A DNA stretch of 64,000 bases from Lama glama (lineage: Eukaryota): positions 56,358,001-56,422,000 of the forward strand of contig CM052821.1 in the NCBI GenBank assembly GCA_028534125.1. The letters are read 5' to 3'. The notes under the pieces are model-generated. The model searched no databases and had not been told where the DNA came from. It saw only the letters and a program-made list of their open reading frames with translations. This document shows positions 10,957 through 23,617 of this stretch, one piece after another; position 1 is the stretch's first letter, and each line of letters begins with the position of its first letter. The translations under genes and the position numbers were made by a program.

Positions 10957-12409
10957 GCTCTCAGCCCAGGTCCCGACTCGAGTCCCAGTCGTCTGCGCAC
11001 CAGCTCGGGGGGAGACGGACCCTGGGGGGCTCCCGGCACTGGGGTCCCGGGAGAGCCATGGGCAGAAGGGGGGGTGTGGACACGGGGAGATGAGGGGGAC
11101 AAGGAGAGGGCTTGGGAGGAAGTGAGCCCGCTTTGCCGTGTGAGTTTATGAAATTGCTGTAGTTTTGGCCAAAGAAATTTTTAGTGAAGCAATTTTAAAT
11201 CAGAATTTTATTTCGAGGCCTCTGATTACCAGTTAAACCTGGCACGCAGGCAGCCCGAGAAATGGTTCTGCTTTTCTCTACAGCACCTCCCCAGTGACCA
11301 GCTGTGCTCAGTGTCCACACAGTGGCCCCGGGAGACCCACGTGGTCCTTGGTGGAGCCGAGCCATTCAGGAAGATGGGTGCGAGGATTAGGGCCCCTGGG
11401 AGCAGGAGACCCCTGGGGGAGACCGGATTTGGACCCTGACGTCCAGGCAGGGCTGCTGGTGGACCTGGGACGGTGACCCTCTGGTGCCTTGTGTCTCTGA
11501 CCCCAGCTGGGTGCCAGCCTGCGGCCCTGCGGCAGAAAGCCAGAGAGAACCCCGTCTCTGGACCAAAGCCAGGCTCTCAGGGCACAAATCAAGGTGGGAG
11601 GCAAACTGGTCCAGTGTGACCAGTGCCCACAGCGAAGTGTGACAGGTGGACGTGGTCCAGTGAGAAGGGCAGAGCCTCCCATCCATTGAGCCAGCTGGGA
11701 CCACAGTCTCACACAGCCTGTGCCCGGGGTCCCCTTGTGAGACGCCGCTTTCCGACGGCACAGCACACAAGGCTCCACAACAGCAGAACTGCGCGAGAAG
11801 GAACGGCCTGATGCCACCAAGGACACCAGACGAATGGGACCAACGGCAAACCTGGTGCCAAACTGAGACCAAATGGCCAAGGGCCTCCACCCAGACAACA
11901 GAGTTCAGACGGGGCTGACCGACCCGTCGGCACACAGCAAGGCCATGGGGCCAGGAGCTGGGAGGTCGGGGTCCTGGTGACGGGATGGGCAGAGCTGACC
12001 ACGTCATGGAGGGACCACCATGAAAACCGTGAAGAAAAGCATGACCACCCAAAGACAGAGGCCATTTATCTGAGATGGCGGAAGCCAGGGAGCCAGCCCA
12101 TCGTGGTGACAGTAGAGACGGGCAGGCATGAAGGGCAGCTCGGGCGAGCCCTGACCGTGCAGCACACAGAGGCAGGACATCCAGTGTCACTGGTTAGCGG
12201 GCAGATTTGCTTTCTCTGGCTGCTCCTGAGTTGGAAGCAGGAACGAAAATTAGGACAGCAGGGGGTCAGTCCTGGGCCGACGGCGGCAGAGGGACTGGGC
12301 GCTGCTCCCTGGGGGCTGGCACCCTCCTGCCGCGTGTGGTCCGGCGCCGTCCGTCCCGTCTGCGTGTCCACCGTCCTCTGATTTCCCCTCCTGTAACCAC
12401 AGCAAACGC

Positions 12410-12790
12410 CGCTGTAGTTTCAAGCAGAAGTGGCACCACCCTCATTAGTTCTATTCACTGTGCATCGTTTCCTAAGCTGCCTCCCGTCTTCACAGGCAGG
12501 CGCGCGTCCCGCTTCATGGGGCGCCGCCCTCAACGCCGTCTCTAGGGGGGCTGATGCTCCATCTGACAAATGAGTCTCACCTAAGACTTAGGTGGTTTCT
12601 AATTTCCATTATTATAAACAACCCTGCAACCAACAACCGGATAGCAGCTCCTTGGCGGCGTCCATGGGCGGATCCGTCAGTCTCTCCGCAGATCCGGGGT
12701 CCTGAGCGCGCTGCAGGGCCGTGCTCTTGGCAGGAGACTGTCAGCTTTCCTTGCATGTGTCCAGACCTCCTCCCCGAAAACAGTGAAAAT
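12410..12790 (-). mobile_element. Ancient L1 (L1ME-like) fragment
   Basis: 'ttaggtggtttctaatttccattattataaacaaccctgcaacc' resembles antisense L1 'ttgggttgtttccagtttttggctattacaaataatgctgcaatgaac'. Confidence 0.6.
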
Positions 12791-13641
12791 TTAAGCAGCA
12801 GTAGGGGGGTTGCATTTTTCTAAAAGCTGCGCCGCTGCTGAGTCTAAAGGAGACGAGGAGGACAAGGGCGGAGGTGGCTGTGACGGCTCTGCAGGACTGG
12901 AGGGCTCTGCGCTGTTCCCTGTCCCCTCCTCGGCCACAGCAGCCAGAGAAGACGCCTGCCCACATCCAGGCTCCCAGCTGGACGAAACCCACATCCTCCG
13001 CCCTGTCCGGACCCCACCTCCCTGGGTGCTCCGCCCAGCCCTCAGCATTTCACCCCGTCTGCCCCAGTCTCACCGGCTGCCCCCAGCAAGACAGCTCACC
13101 CCTTGGGGTCTCTGCTCTGAGCTCTCTGTGCCCCGTCCCCGCGCCCCGACCTCCCTCCATCCAGCTGCTCAGATGAGAGGTCTGCATGCCAGATGTTTAT
13201 TTTGTCCTCAACATCCAGCCCAGTGAAAATCTTTTTAGATTTCATCATTTAAATGTCAGTTGTGGGGCCTGCTTCCTGCTCCCCCAGGGAATCCACATGC
13301 GGGGGGTGGGGGGCAGGAGGTCAGCAGGTGCCTCTCGCCAGCCGCACCGCTGGTGCGAAGCCGGGGGAGGAGCACCCGGACGGCTGCCGGGTCAAAGGGT
13401 GAACGGGTGAGGGGATGGACCAGGGTGCCCTCTGCTCATTCTCTGTTAGAGCAGGAACCCCTCCCCTTCCTTTGAGCTGCAAGAGCCTTTGCCTCCGCCA
13501 TGCTTAACCCCTTCCTGACGGCGCAGCTGCTTCTTTGTTGCCTGCAGTGGGATTATTTTAGGCGTCTTGAGACTCCATTTGTTTGCACGCCCGAGTCAGA
13601 TATGCCAGAAATATCCACTGTTTTCTGCCTTTGATTCCACT

Positions 13642-13931
13642 CTTTTTTTAACTGACGTAGACTCGATGTACAGATTTACCACGCGGGGTCAGTTTCTGGT
13701 GCCCAGCGTCGTGTCTCAGTCATACGCACACACACCTATGTTCCTCTCCATGGTCTTTTTCATTGTAGGTCACTGCAAGGTACTGAATATAGTCCCCTGT
13801 GCTGCACAGAAAAAACCCGTTGTTTGTCTATTTTATATATAGCAGTTAGTGTCTGCAGATCTCAGCCTCGGTTTATCCCTTCCCACCCCTTTGCTTTCTG
13901 TGTCTTTGAGTCTGTTTCTGTTTTGTAAATA
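13642..13931 (-). mobile_element. 5'-truncated camelid/cetartiodactyl L1 3' end with TSD
   Basis: 'aaggtactgaatatagtcccctgtgctg...tttatcccttccc...gagtctgtttctgttttgtaaata'. 13-bp TSD tgattccactctt (13632-13644) / tgactccattctt (13932-13944). Confidence 0.9.
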
Positions 13932-14486
13932 TGACTCCATTCTTAACACGAAATTGCCACCACAAAGGTTGAATCAATAGTCATGTCTTTTTCCTGATCG
14001 CTTTGTTTACACTAAGATCGTTAATCCTGTTGAGATTTGCTCAAGAATGTAGAGCAGGGTGACCTCTCCTTCCCGAGTTTACCTGTATCCAGCCCCACTC
14101 TGCCTGGCTGAGTCGGCCATCCTTCCCTGCACCTGCGGCACAGAGCGGGTCCAACACCTGAGCCCCCAGCGTGCTCCCCCCTCCCTCGCCAGGTGGACCC
14201 TGCGCATCCACTTCTGCCCACGGCCAGTCTCCAGGGCTCTGTTTCTCTGGGACCCTGTGTGTCTGCAGGTGGCCACCCCCGTCCCACCCAGGTGCGAGCA
14301 CAGATGCCAGTGGGGCTCGCAGCTGCCGCGTCATCCTGGACCCAAAGTCAAACCCCATAGCAGCTCCTGGACGGCACGTTCCTCTTAGACTACAAAGCAC
14401 ACAGACCACAGCCAAAATTCCACAGCCAACCCGCCCTCCGAGCACACGACCGTCCTTCACGAAGACCCCGGGACCTTCAGAAAGAA

Positions 14487-14587
14487 GCTTCCCTGAGCCC
14501 TGGGTGGGGGCTTCCCTGAGCCCTGTGGGGGGGGGGGCTTCCCTGAGCCCTGGGTGGGAGCTTCCCTGAGCCCTGAGTGGGGCTCCC
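14487..14587 (+). repeat. Minisatellite, 4 copies of a ~23-bp unit gcttccctgagccctgggtgggg
   Basis: Directly visible tandem units; unit 2 has an expanded G run. Confidence 0.9.
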
Positions 14588-15587
14588 ACCTCCCTCCCGT
14601 GTGCACCGACACCGAGGAGGGGGCTGCTCTTGGCCTGGGTCTTGGGTCTCCATGAAGCGGACTTCCATGCAGAACCGTGACTTCAGGGCCACTTCCCTCC
14701 CATGGGAGGGAGATTCATCGCCACTCATCACCCGTAGGAGGGGCACCTCCTGCCCGTGGGTGTCGGCCGCGGCGCTGGGCCGCAGAAGGCGGGCAGGCCG
14801 AGCCCCCATGCCTGACAGGAGTGCGGGGCTTGTGCCCGGCGGGGGGTCCTCTCCCCAGAGCCACGGGCGCTGCAAGGGCTGCTCCCACCGCAGACGGGGC
14901 AGAGGCCGCCTCCAGCGGCCAGGCCTCCCGGAAGTGAGACGTCCTCGCTGGGGCTTGTTCGTTTGAGAAACGCCTGGGAGGTTGTGTGAAAGCAAACTGT
15001 GAAGCTGTGTGGAACCATGTCCTCGCTGAAAGTGTGACTCGCTGAGTCCGTCATCTCTGTCCTCCCCCGCCCCCGGAGACCGGCGCCTCTCCCGCCTTCA
15101 CAGTGACGTGGATCCAGTGGACGGAGCCCTGGACCGGGGCCTGGGACCTCTGTCATGTGACCAGCCAGGGACTCTGAAACACCTGTCACTGCACTTGGAC
15201 GCTGGTGAGGAGGGGACTTACTTCAGGCCCACCATCCTTTCTGGAAACTGATCACAGACGACAGCGGCCAGAGCTTTGTGAGGAAAACCGTGGACTCAAG
15301 TCAGGAGCTATTAGGCTGGGTGACACCTAACTCCTCCTTCTGCTGCAAATTCTGTCTTTACAAAGGAAAATACCTCCATTCATGGTTTCAACTCTTACAT
15401 TTCTTATTTTCTTCTCAAGTTTTCTGGGGTCCCAGTTGACTTCAATCTAATACATGTATTATTGATGGAGAACACAATAAATTTCAACCTTCAAACACTT
15501 ATTTTAAACTAAGAACCATTGGATCTTGGGCAAAATCTTTAACTGTCCTCCACATTCTAGTCACAGCTTTAAAGAGGCCAATGTAGA

Positions 15588-15960
15588 TGTACCTGTCAGT
15601 GCTGCCACAGCAGTGGTGCGTAACAAACTACCCCCAACCCAGCAGTTCCTGTAAGATGTGCTTATTCATGCTGACAAGTCTACAAGGCGACTGCAGAGGG
15701 ACTGGTCCAAACCGACCGACCCAGGCTGCAGAGCTGAGGGCCGGGATCACATCTGCTTCATGGGGACCATGCTGTGTCCCAGGCAGAAGGGGCAGAGCCA
15801 CCTGGGGCCTGATCACAGGACCCCAAGGTCTCCAGGGCCAGGCCGTGTAAGCACACTGGCACAACTCATGCCCTTTGACACTCAGTTGGCTGCGGCAGAC
15901 ACCTGGCCAAGCCCACACTTACTAAGGTGGGAAAACGCTTTCCAGGGACATCAGCAGGAA
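15588..15960 (-). mobile_element. Old MaLR LTR (MLT1H-K-like)
   Basis: 'tgcgtaacaaactacccccaacccagcag' and 'actggcaca...ttggctgcggcagacacctggccaagccca'. Confidence 0.7.
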
Positions 15961-16674
15961 AAGGGTTTAAATGTTTGCAGAATAACTGGATGTGATGCAC
16001 CCACAGGAGAATCAGGTTTAAAACACCTGAAAAAGAAATTACTGTTAAGGAAGCAACCGTGGGCTGGTTGAACCCTGTTCGTGCAAGCTCTGACCCGACG
16101 TCTCGTGCAGGGAGACACAGACTGGGGGCAACTTGCCAGCGTCTGCAGAGCACACCGCGGCTCCTCCCGTCTGCACCTCGCGGTCTGACGCTTTCCTCAC
16201 AGGGCGAAACAAAACCTCCGTGCAAACCAGGAATCTTCATACATTTGTGAAATTATTACTACTGTCATGTACGTATTAATTTTGATATTATTATTAATAA
16301 CCACGTAAGTTCTACTGGTGTGGTCCCTGCAACATTTTTATTTATAAATTTGTTTATGAATTTGCCAGTTGATCTCTAAATAGGGTTAGGGTTCACACCG
16401 CTGGGGAAAAATTAGCTCCACATCAGCGATCCGATATGAAAATGTTCTGGCGAAAGCCGCGGGCGAACCCCTCACAGTGCTCAGGAGACGCCAGGGCTGA
16501 GCCGGGAGCTCTCAATCCCTCGTTACTGAGTCTCTGGAAACGGTTCGCAGCTCCACGGCTGAGGGGTGCTTCGCCGGGGCCGTGTCCTCCTCCGTGCCGC
16601 AGTGTGGTCTTCGCGTCGCTGACCGGACCACCTCAGAAACCAGCCTGTCTGCCCTCCACCCGCTGCCAGAAACG

Positions 16675-17450
16675 AGAGTTTGAGTTCAGTTATTCCAAAA
16701 CAAAAACGGACATTTTGCGGGTGAATCCTTCAGCGTTTAGCTGGACCGTATCGGGCACCCCTGCGCAGAGGGTCCGCTCCGTCAGTCCCCAGGGCCCCTG
16801 TCCCAGCAGCTCACCTGCAGCCACGCACCCCCACCTCGGCACTCACAGCGTCTTCATCACCCGTACGTACAGTTTTCCATTTGAATCACTCACTTTTTCC
16901 CCCGAATACTTCTATTTTGAAGGAAGAAGTTACAGGTTGGAAGGCTGGTTATATTTTTTACAATACCTTTAAGATATAAGCATTAAAATTAAAAAATGAT
17001 AGTCCCTGTGCCACCACAACCATCCCACATGCCCCACTTCCTCGTCTGCGGACGGGCTGAGGGTGCTCAGCGCGGGGCGGCCCTGGGCTGCGGGGGCCGT
17101 GCCCCTGCCCTGCCCCTGGGACGTGCTGGATGCCGGTCGCTGCTCTTGCGTCAGTGCCAGATCGGCCTCTGTTCCTGGCCTTCCAGCCCGATGCTCAGCT
17201 GCACCCGGCAGGCACGCTCGGGTCCTGCTCTCCCAGGTTGCGGTCCCTGGGTCCCTGGGTCCCTGGGTCCCTGGCCTGTCCTGGCCACAGTCACAGCTCA
17301 CAGCTATCCAGCCGGCACACTCTCGGGCGGCTGGGCCCTGCACCCACGTTTACTCACTTAGCACTTGTCCACCGCGCAGCAGGAGCGGTAGGCAGGGAGG
17401 TTATGAAGCTGCTGCAGGTCCCCGGAGTCCACGGTGAGGAAGGCGCCCAG
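16675..17450 (-). mobile_element. Cluster of ancient L1 3' fragments (L1ME/L1MC-like)
   Basis: Two antisense L1 3'-end-like starts (about 16675 and 16905) followed by GC-shifted L1 UTR-like sequence. Confidence 0.4.
17242..17274 (+). repeat. Short tandem repeat (ggtccctg)x4
   Basis: ggtccctgggtccctgggtccctgggtccctgg. Confidence 0.85.
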
Positions 17451-17954
17451 GAACGTGCGCTGGGGGCGAGAAGGAGCCAGCAGGTGCCACGCAGCCACCG
17501 GGCAGCCATCCAGAAGCTGACCCGGGGAAGGAGGTCTGAGAGGGGCCACCTTTCTGTAAAGCGGCAGGCTCGTTTCACTGTGGCCCTTAAAGGCGGTCCC
17601 CTCCTGTCTTCCCTCTGCTGGGTCAGGCCAGGAGCCCCCTGTCCCGGGTCGTGAGGGGTTGGGGGGTGCCTGACCTTTTCTCATACGACAGTCAGGGAGA
17701 AGTGGGAGAAGGTGGGGGGGGGTTGGAATTGCTAAGACTTAACAGAAGTAGCTCCCGTTTCGCTGGTCCAGCCGGGTGGGTGGGCCAGATCTGCGCAGCC
17801 TTCTCTCCTTCTTTGCAGCCCGCTGGTAGCTCGTCTGGGACGTGGGCGCACAGACGGGGGCCAGCCACGTTGTCCTCGCCTCTGGCTCAGGGGAGGCTCT
17901 TCCTGTTCAGTGTGAATTTGCCGTGTTCCCCGCCCCCCGCCCCCGCCCCCGCGC

Positions 17955-18780
17955 ACACGTAACCTACTTGAGCTGGAATATGCGTGTGAGACTCAGAATG
18001 GCTTCTGCGTGTTTTCGGCTGACACGCTGGCCCCCACTCTACACGGTGCACAGTTTGCACACGTCCGCGGCCCCGGCCCCAGCCCATCCCTACACGGCCC
18101 CCTCCCCTTGGGCCACACTGACCAGCTCAGACACCCAGGAGCCCTGGATCTCCTGGCAGACCCTCAGGGTCCCTCTGGGACGTCCCGAGAGCTCTCGGAC
18201 CTCTGCGCCCTGCTCTCACGCAGACGCCCGCGTCCCCGTGCCCGCCCAGTGCCCGCAGCGCCGTCCTGGGGCCGAGACGTGGCCTCTCCCTCTTGGGCTC
18301 TTGTGCGTCGTGTGTGCCTCCGAGGACCGGCGAGCCGGCAGGCTGGGTGTGTGGGGACGCTGTGGTTTGCCTCCGCGTTCCGCTGGGCGCTGGCTTTTCC
18401 TTTCTGGATGCGGCGCTCCTGGTGCCATCTAGGCAGGATCCCTCACAGTGATGGATATTGTAACATTTCCTCTCTCCTCTCGTCTGAGCAAAGCATCGCT
18501 CACCGAAGGTGAGCCCTGAGGTCTGATACAGACCCTGAGATTTGACTTCTCCCACCCCGGGCGGCGGTGAATCTCTCCCGACCCTGAGGCACCAGGGATG
18601 TCTGTCTGCTTGTCCCGCTGTCGCTTCTGACGCTCCGCCTCTCACGTTCACTCTGCGTGCACCCGACACTGTCTTGCATGTGGGGTGTTGGGGAATCCAG
18701 CTTCCTCTCCCCCCATACAGTGCGTCTTCCCCCACAGCGTCTCTACAGAGCCTCCTTCGCCTCATTAACTGGGTTCCATC
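17955..18780 (-). mobile_element. Ancient L1 ORF2/3'UTR relic, strongly GC-shifted
   Basis: 'ttccgctgggcgctggcttttcctttctggat...ggatccctcacagtgatggatattgtaacatttcctctc' and 'gtggggtgttggggaatccagcttc' are collinear with antisense L1 ORF2. Confidence 0.55.
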
Positions 18781-19943
18781 CAGCTCCCCAGGTGCCTGGC
18801 TTTGCACTAAGGCCACTGTAGCCATTACCGCCGCCTCCTCCTTCACCCTCACCCTGACCCTGGGGCTTTACCACTCGGCAGGGCCAGCCTTCCCGCCTGG
18901 TCCTTCTGCTGTCACAGCTGACCATGCCCCTCCCCTCCCAGAGGGATGACTCAGCAGTGACACGACCAGCCCCAGAGCAGAGACGCGATACTGATGTGAC
19001 CTGCGCGACGAAGCCCCGGATGGTACCGACTGTTAAAAAGAGGAGGTCGTGATGGTGGTTCCTGGAAACGGGCAGGTATCAGCCCGTTCATTTAATAAAA
19101 TTATACTGACACCTACTACATGCCCAGAGACAAAGCTGTACCAAAACTGCGAGACGCGCTCTCGGCCAGCTTGTCTAGGCTCCGTGGGGCAGAGAGGGGA
19201 CGGGGGACAGGTGGGGAGAGGGCATGTGGCGATGGAAGAGGCGGCTCAGGGTGCCCGGAAGAACTCGTCCGTGACTTCACTCTGAAGCTCCAACGGCTCC
19301 TGGTGCCAGACGTCCTGCACTAACTTATTTATGGCTCTAAAACTGGCGCTTGGCTGGGCCGCGACCTGCCGCCGGCCGCGGGCTCCGCCGTGCCCCTGGG
19401 CTAATTTCCGGGGCCCTGCCTCATCTGGAACACTTTGAACGGCCTCTAAACTGCTTCATTTATTAAGCGTTCACCAGCAGAATGGAAGACAGGACGACTG
19501 ACTTCAGTGAAAGGGTTTTTTCTTCCCTAAAATCTTGGTAGAAAACACCCCATAGTGATTGTGTGTCCAGGCTAGTCGGGGGAGGGGGGCGGGGGAGATG
19601 TGCACGGTCCGTGGGACGGCGGGACCAAGCCAAGCGCGGGGCTGCCGGTGCCGGGGGCCGGAGGCTGGGGAGCTGGGCGTCTCCCCCTCCCTCCGTCGGG
19701 CCCCCCGGGCCCTCCCAGGGGTTCGCACTGAGCAGCCGTCACCCATCACGGTCCGGAGCCCAGCACAGGGGCCACAGCTGCCCTGGGCTGGCCGGGGACT
19801 CGGCTCCTGTTGACTGGGGGGCGTCCTCTCCGGCGGCACATGTAAACCGAGTGCCCAGCGCTTAGCTGCTGCTGCCAAGCCCCTAACAGCAGACTTATTA
19901 TCCACGTGCTCCTTCATTAGGAGTTTGAAAAAGGAAAAACATT

Positions 19944-20680
19944 GTATTGTGAAATAACAGGAAAGGCACCCACTGGTCTCTGCCCCTGGCTCCCCGCGCA
20001 GGGCTCTTAAACCCCTGGGACTTCCTGGCTGATAGAACATGTTCTGCTCTGGGCCCCTGGGTGGGGACTGGTGGTCACAGGAGAGACCACGCCAGGATGA
20101 AAAGCTTGGAGCTTTCAGCCACCCCCTCCGCGCCCTCCAGGACGGCCGGAGACCGAGTTACTGAGGGATGGTGTCCTCGTGGCGAATCCCCGGGCACAGG
20201 GCTCGGGGAGCTTCCAGGTCAGCGGACACGGCCTCGAGCTGGGAGGGTGGTCGCCCGACTCCAGGGGCACAGGGGCTCCCGCACTCAGGGCCCCTGGCCC
20301 CCGCCCTGTGTGTCCTCTCCTGGCTGTTCAGCTGTGTCCTTTGCAGGTAACAAACCCCAAATGTCAGTACGTGTCTCCTGAGCTCCATGAGCCACCCCAT
20401 CACATTACCAGACCCAAGGCGGGCGTCACGGGAGCCTGACTTCAGCCAAGTGGACAGAGGTTGTGGTGACCTGGGGACGGGCATCTGCAGTGGGGCTCAG
20501 TCTTGCGGGGTCTGACAGTGCCTCCAGGTGGCTGGCGTCAGAACCGGGCTGTGGAAAACCCAGCGGGTGTCACAGAATTGCTTGGTGGGGAAAACCCACA
20601 ACCCTGGTGTCAGAAGCTTGTGCGTGTGGCAGGCGTGAGAGTACAGGGCACACGGGAGGAGCACTGAGGTTCCTAAAGCA
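19944..20680 (+). mobile_element. MER21 (B/C-like) LTR
   Basis: Starts 'tgtattgtgaaata'. Blocks 'ctttcagccacccc', 'ctggctgttcagctgtgtccttt', 'ggcatctgcagtggggctcagtcttgcgggg', 'gaattgcttggtggggaaaacccaca...tggtgtcagaag'. Confidence 0.85.
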
Positions 20681-20969
20681 TCTGTGCTTCCCATCAACTA
20701 CCAAGCAGCACATACCGTTTATGACCACGCTTTCTAACTTTCATTTCAAATTCAAAAGCACGCAACAGCTGAAATCATGCAGGTCTGAAAAGGGGAAGGT
20801 GGAGACGCGCGGTTGGCTGGCCTCCGCAGGCGGTGCTGGGGTGTTTCCAAACCCAGACGCTCTTTGCCGGAGGCTCCAGAGGGACTAGTTACGAGAAGGG
20901 TTAATTTTCACACACGCAGACACGATACTGCTCAAATGGTCAGATGTCAAAAATGTCAGCTAACTTGAA

Positions 20970-21618
20970 ATGTTTTTCTCCCTGAAAGATAACTCACACA
21001 CCATAAAATTCAGCCTCTGAAAAAGCGTGCGGCCCAGTGCTGTCTGTCGTGGCTGCTGCAGCTCGGCAGTGAGTTTGGAAGTGGGGTTGCAGTCTCCCAA
21101 CTCCGTTCTTCTTTGTCAGGACTGGCTGGGCTACTTGAATTTCTGCAGGAGTTTTAGAAGCAGTTTGCCTATTTCCTCAAAGAAGCAGCTGAGATCTGAC
21201 AGGAGCTGTGCTGCGTCTGCTGGTCAGCTGGGGAGATTCAGCTTCGTTGCTTTATCCCGTGGCTTTCTGTCCACTTTTCATGTGTTTCCTCACTGAGTTG
21301 TTTCCTTTCCTCTGCTTATTCTGGCTGTAACCTGATCTTAAAGTGGGAGATTAGGTCATCGATTGGAGATCTTCCTTCTCTGCAATGTTGGCATTTACAG
21401 CTATGAATTTGCCTCTGTGTGCTGCTTTAGCTGCTAGATCTCAGCTGGCTTCTGTGAAGAAATGGACAAACGGCACCTCCTAAGTTTCAGGATGTGACTT
21501 TTTGCTCTGATTTATCTTAAAGCATTTTCTGATTTCATTTGCGATTCCTTCATTGAACCACCGGACGTCTAGACATGTGTTGTTTGACTTCCAGGTATTT
21601 GTGGTGCTTGCATATTTC
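20970..21618 (-). mobile_element. L1 relic (3' end plus ORF2 pieces), runs into gap
   Basis: Minus-strand translation TNTWKSNNTCLDVRWFNEGIANEIRKCFKIN is a decayed L1 ORF2 segment (TNTWKLNNTLLNNQWVKEEI..EIRKYFELN). Confidence 0.85.
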
Positions 21619-22118
21619 NNNNNNNNNNNNNNNNNNNNNNNNNNNNNNNNNNNNNNNNNNNNNNNNNNNNNNNNNNNNNNNNNNNNNNNNNNNNNNNNNN
21701 NNNNNNNNNNNNNNNNNNNNNNNNNNNNNNNNNNNNNNNNNNNNNNNNNNNNNNNNNNNNNNNNNNNNNNNNNNNNNNNNNNNNNNNNNNNNNNNNNNNN
21801 NNNNNNNNNNNNNNNNNNNNNNNNNNNNNNNNNNNNNNNNNNNNNNNNNNNNNNNNNNNNNNNNNNNNNNNNNNNNNNNNNNNNNNNNNNNNNNNNNNNN
21901 NNNNNNNNNNNNNNNNNNNNNNNNNNNNNNNNNNNNNNNNNNNNNNNNNNNNNNNNNNNNNNNNNNNNNNNNNNNNNNNNNNNNNNNNNNNNNNNNNNNN
22001 NNNNNNNNNNNNNNNNNNNNNNNNNNNNNNNNNNNNNNNNNNNNNNNNNNNNNNNNNNNNNNNNNNNNNNNNNNNNNNNNNNNNNNNNNNNNNNNNNNNN
22101 NNNNNNNNNNNNNNNNNN
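21619..22118. other. Assembly gap (500 N)
   Basis: Run of exactly 500 N, probably a fixed-size placeholder. Confidence 1.
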
Positions 22119-22734
22119 AAGCCGGAAGTTAGCAGCGATCTTCATTTAGAGCTTGACTTTTTCACCGTCTGTTTCTCTCCAGTGGCCGCACTAGTTTTAG
22201 CTGCTGCAATCCCCAAGTAAGGGATGAGAGGCTTCGAGCCCGACACTGTGGCCACGCCGTGGAAGAACCGCTTCTCCATGGTGGCACAAGGGCCCCTTGC
22301 CCACAGCCGCTTGACCCCCCACATGACCTTGGCCAGGGGACGTGCATGCGGATGAGTCAGCCAGTGTCCTCATTAGAGCGTGAGTTTCAGTCTCAACTTC
22401 TTAACAACGTGATCTGACCAGACAGCTAGAACCACATCCTGCCGAAACGTGCTGGCCTCAGAGAGTTGGTGAGGGGAGGCGGGTGGGAACGGGGCTCTCT
22501 GCAAAAATTAGAGATGAAATTTCACTTGCTTTAAATTTTGCTTAGCAGATACTTATCGGGCCAGGGACCATTGGGCAAGATGCTCTCCCAGCAGAAAAGA
22601 CACACGTGTGTTTGTAAAAATTTAGTGGGAACCATAATTACAACTGAAAACTCCATAGTTTATAAACAGTCATAGGCCCGGCCTGTTTCTAGGAAACTCT
22701 GCGTGTGTGTGCGAGCACCCCAGGGCTGAGAACT

Positions 22735-23617
22735 CCAGAATCTGGCATTACGGAATTGCAACGGGAAACAAAACGAGGTGCCACTACACCCTGCTCGAGC
22801 AGCCCGAATCCAGACACTGGCAACCCCAGGTGCTGGCACGGACACAGAGCGGTAGGAACCCGGGCTCACCCTGGTGGGAGTGCAAAGTGGGGCAGCGCTG
22901 TGGAAGACAGGGTGTGGCTTCCCACAACACTAGGCACATCCTCGCTGTAGGCCCTAGCACTCCCTCTCCGTGGTATTTACCCAACGGAGTTGAAAACTTA
23001 CATCCACGCACACATTCATTTATTGAAGCTCTATTCGTCACTGACAACACTTGGAAGCAACCAGTGTCCTTCAGTAAATAAGTGGGTGAGGAAGCTGGTA
23101 CCTGCAGAAAATGGACTGTTGCTGAGCACTAAAAGGAAGGGACCGTCGTGGAGACACGGAGGACCTTAAGCGCACGTGGGTAAGTGAAACAGGCCGACTG
23201 GAGACCGCGCACCGGGTGAGCCCTGCTCTGTGCCGTTCTGGGAAAGGCAAAGCTGTGGAGGCGGTGCAAAGGTCAGAGGCTGCCAGGGGCCAGGGGGGGA
23301 GCAGGTGGGCGCAGAGGGTCCCCGGCAGCGAGCTGCTCTCGGCGGTGCAGAGTCAGGGACGCACTCATCACACTTTGGTCAGAGCCCAGGAATGCGCCCC
23401 ACCTGCAGTGAGCCTGGGTGTGCGCCGCGGGCTCCTGGGCAGATGACAGGTTGGCAGGTTCCTCGGCTGTAGCAAACGTGCCGTCCAGAGGGGGTGCTGG
23501 TAACAGGGGAGACTGCGTGTGTGCAGGGGCAGGGGGACACAGGAAGTCTCTGTCCCTTCGGCTCAGTTTTGCTGTGAGCTTTGAAGTACTCTGAAAAACA
23601 ACGCCTATTTTTTTAAG
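22735..23617 (+). mobile_element. L1MC1-like 3' end
   Basis: 'ggtatttacccaacggagttgaaaactta', 'ttctgggaaaggcaaagctgtggag', terminal 'ctctgtcccttcggctcagttttgctgtgagctttgaagtactctgaaaaacaacgcctattt'. Confidence 0.9.

Noticed and set aside
11700-12060. Possible L1 ORF2 3' relic
   Set aside because: Similarity is too faint to support a call without a profile search.
14487-14587. CRISPR-like direct repeats
   Set aside because: Units are head-to-tail without unique spacers, the context is eukaryotic, and there are no cas genes; it is a minisatellite.
16381-16392. Telomeric repeat (tagggttagggt)
   Set aside because: Only about two units; chance-level.
21480-22149. ORFs spanning the first N-run
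   Set aside because: Artefacts of translating Ns; the real residues are a decayed L1 ORF2.
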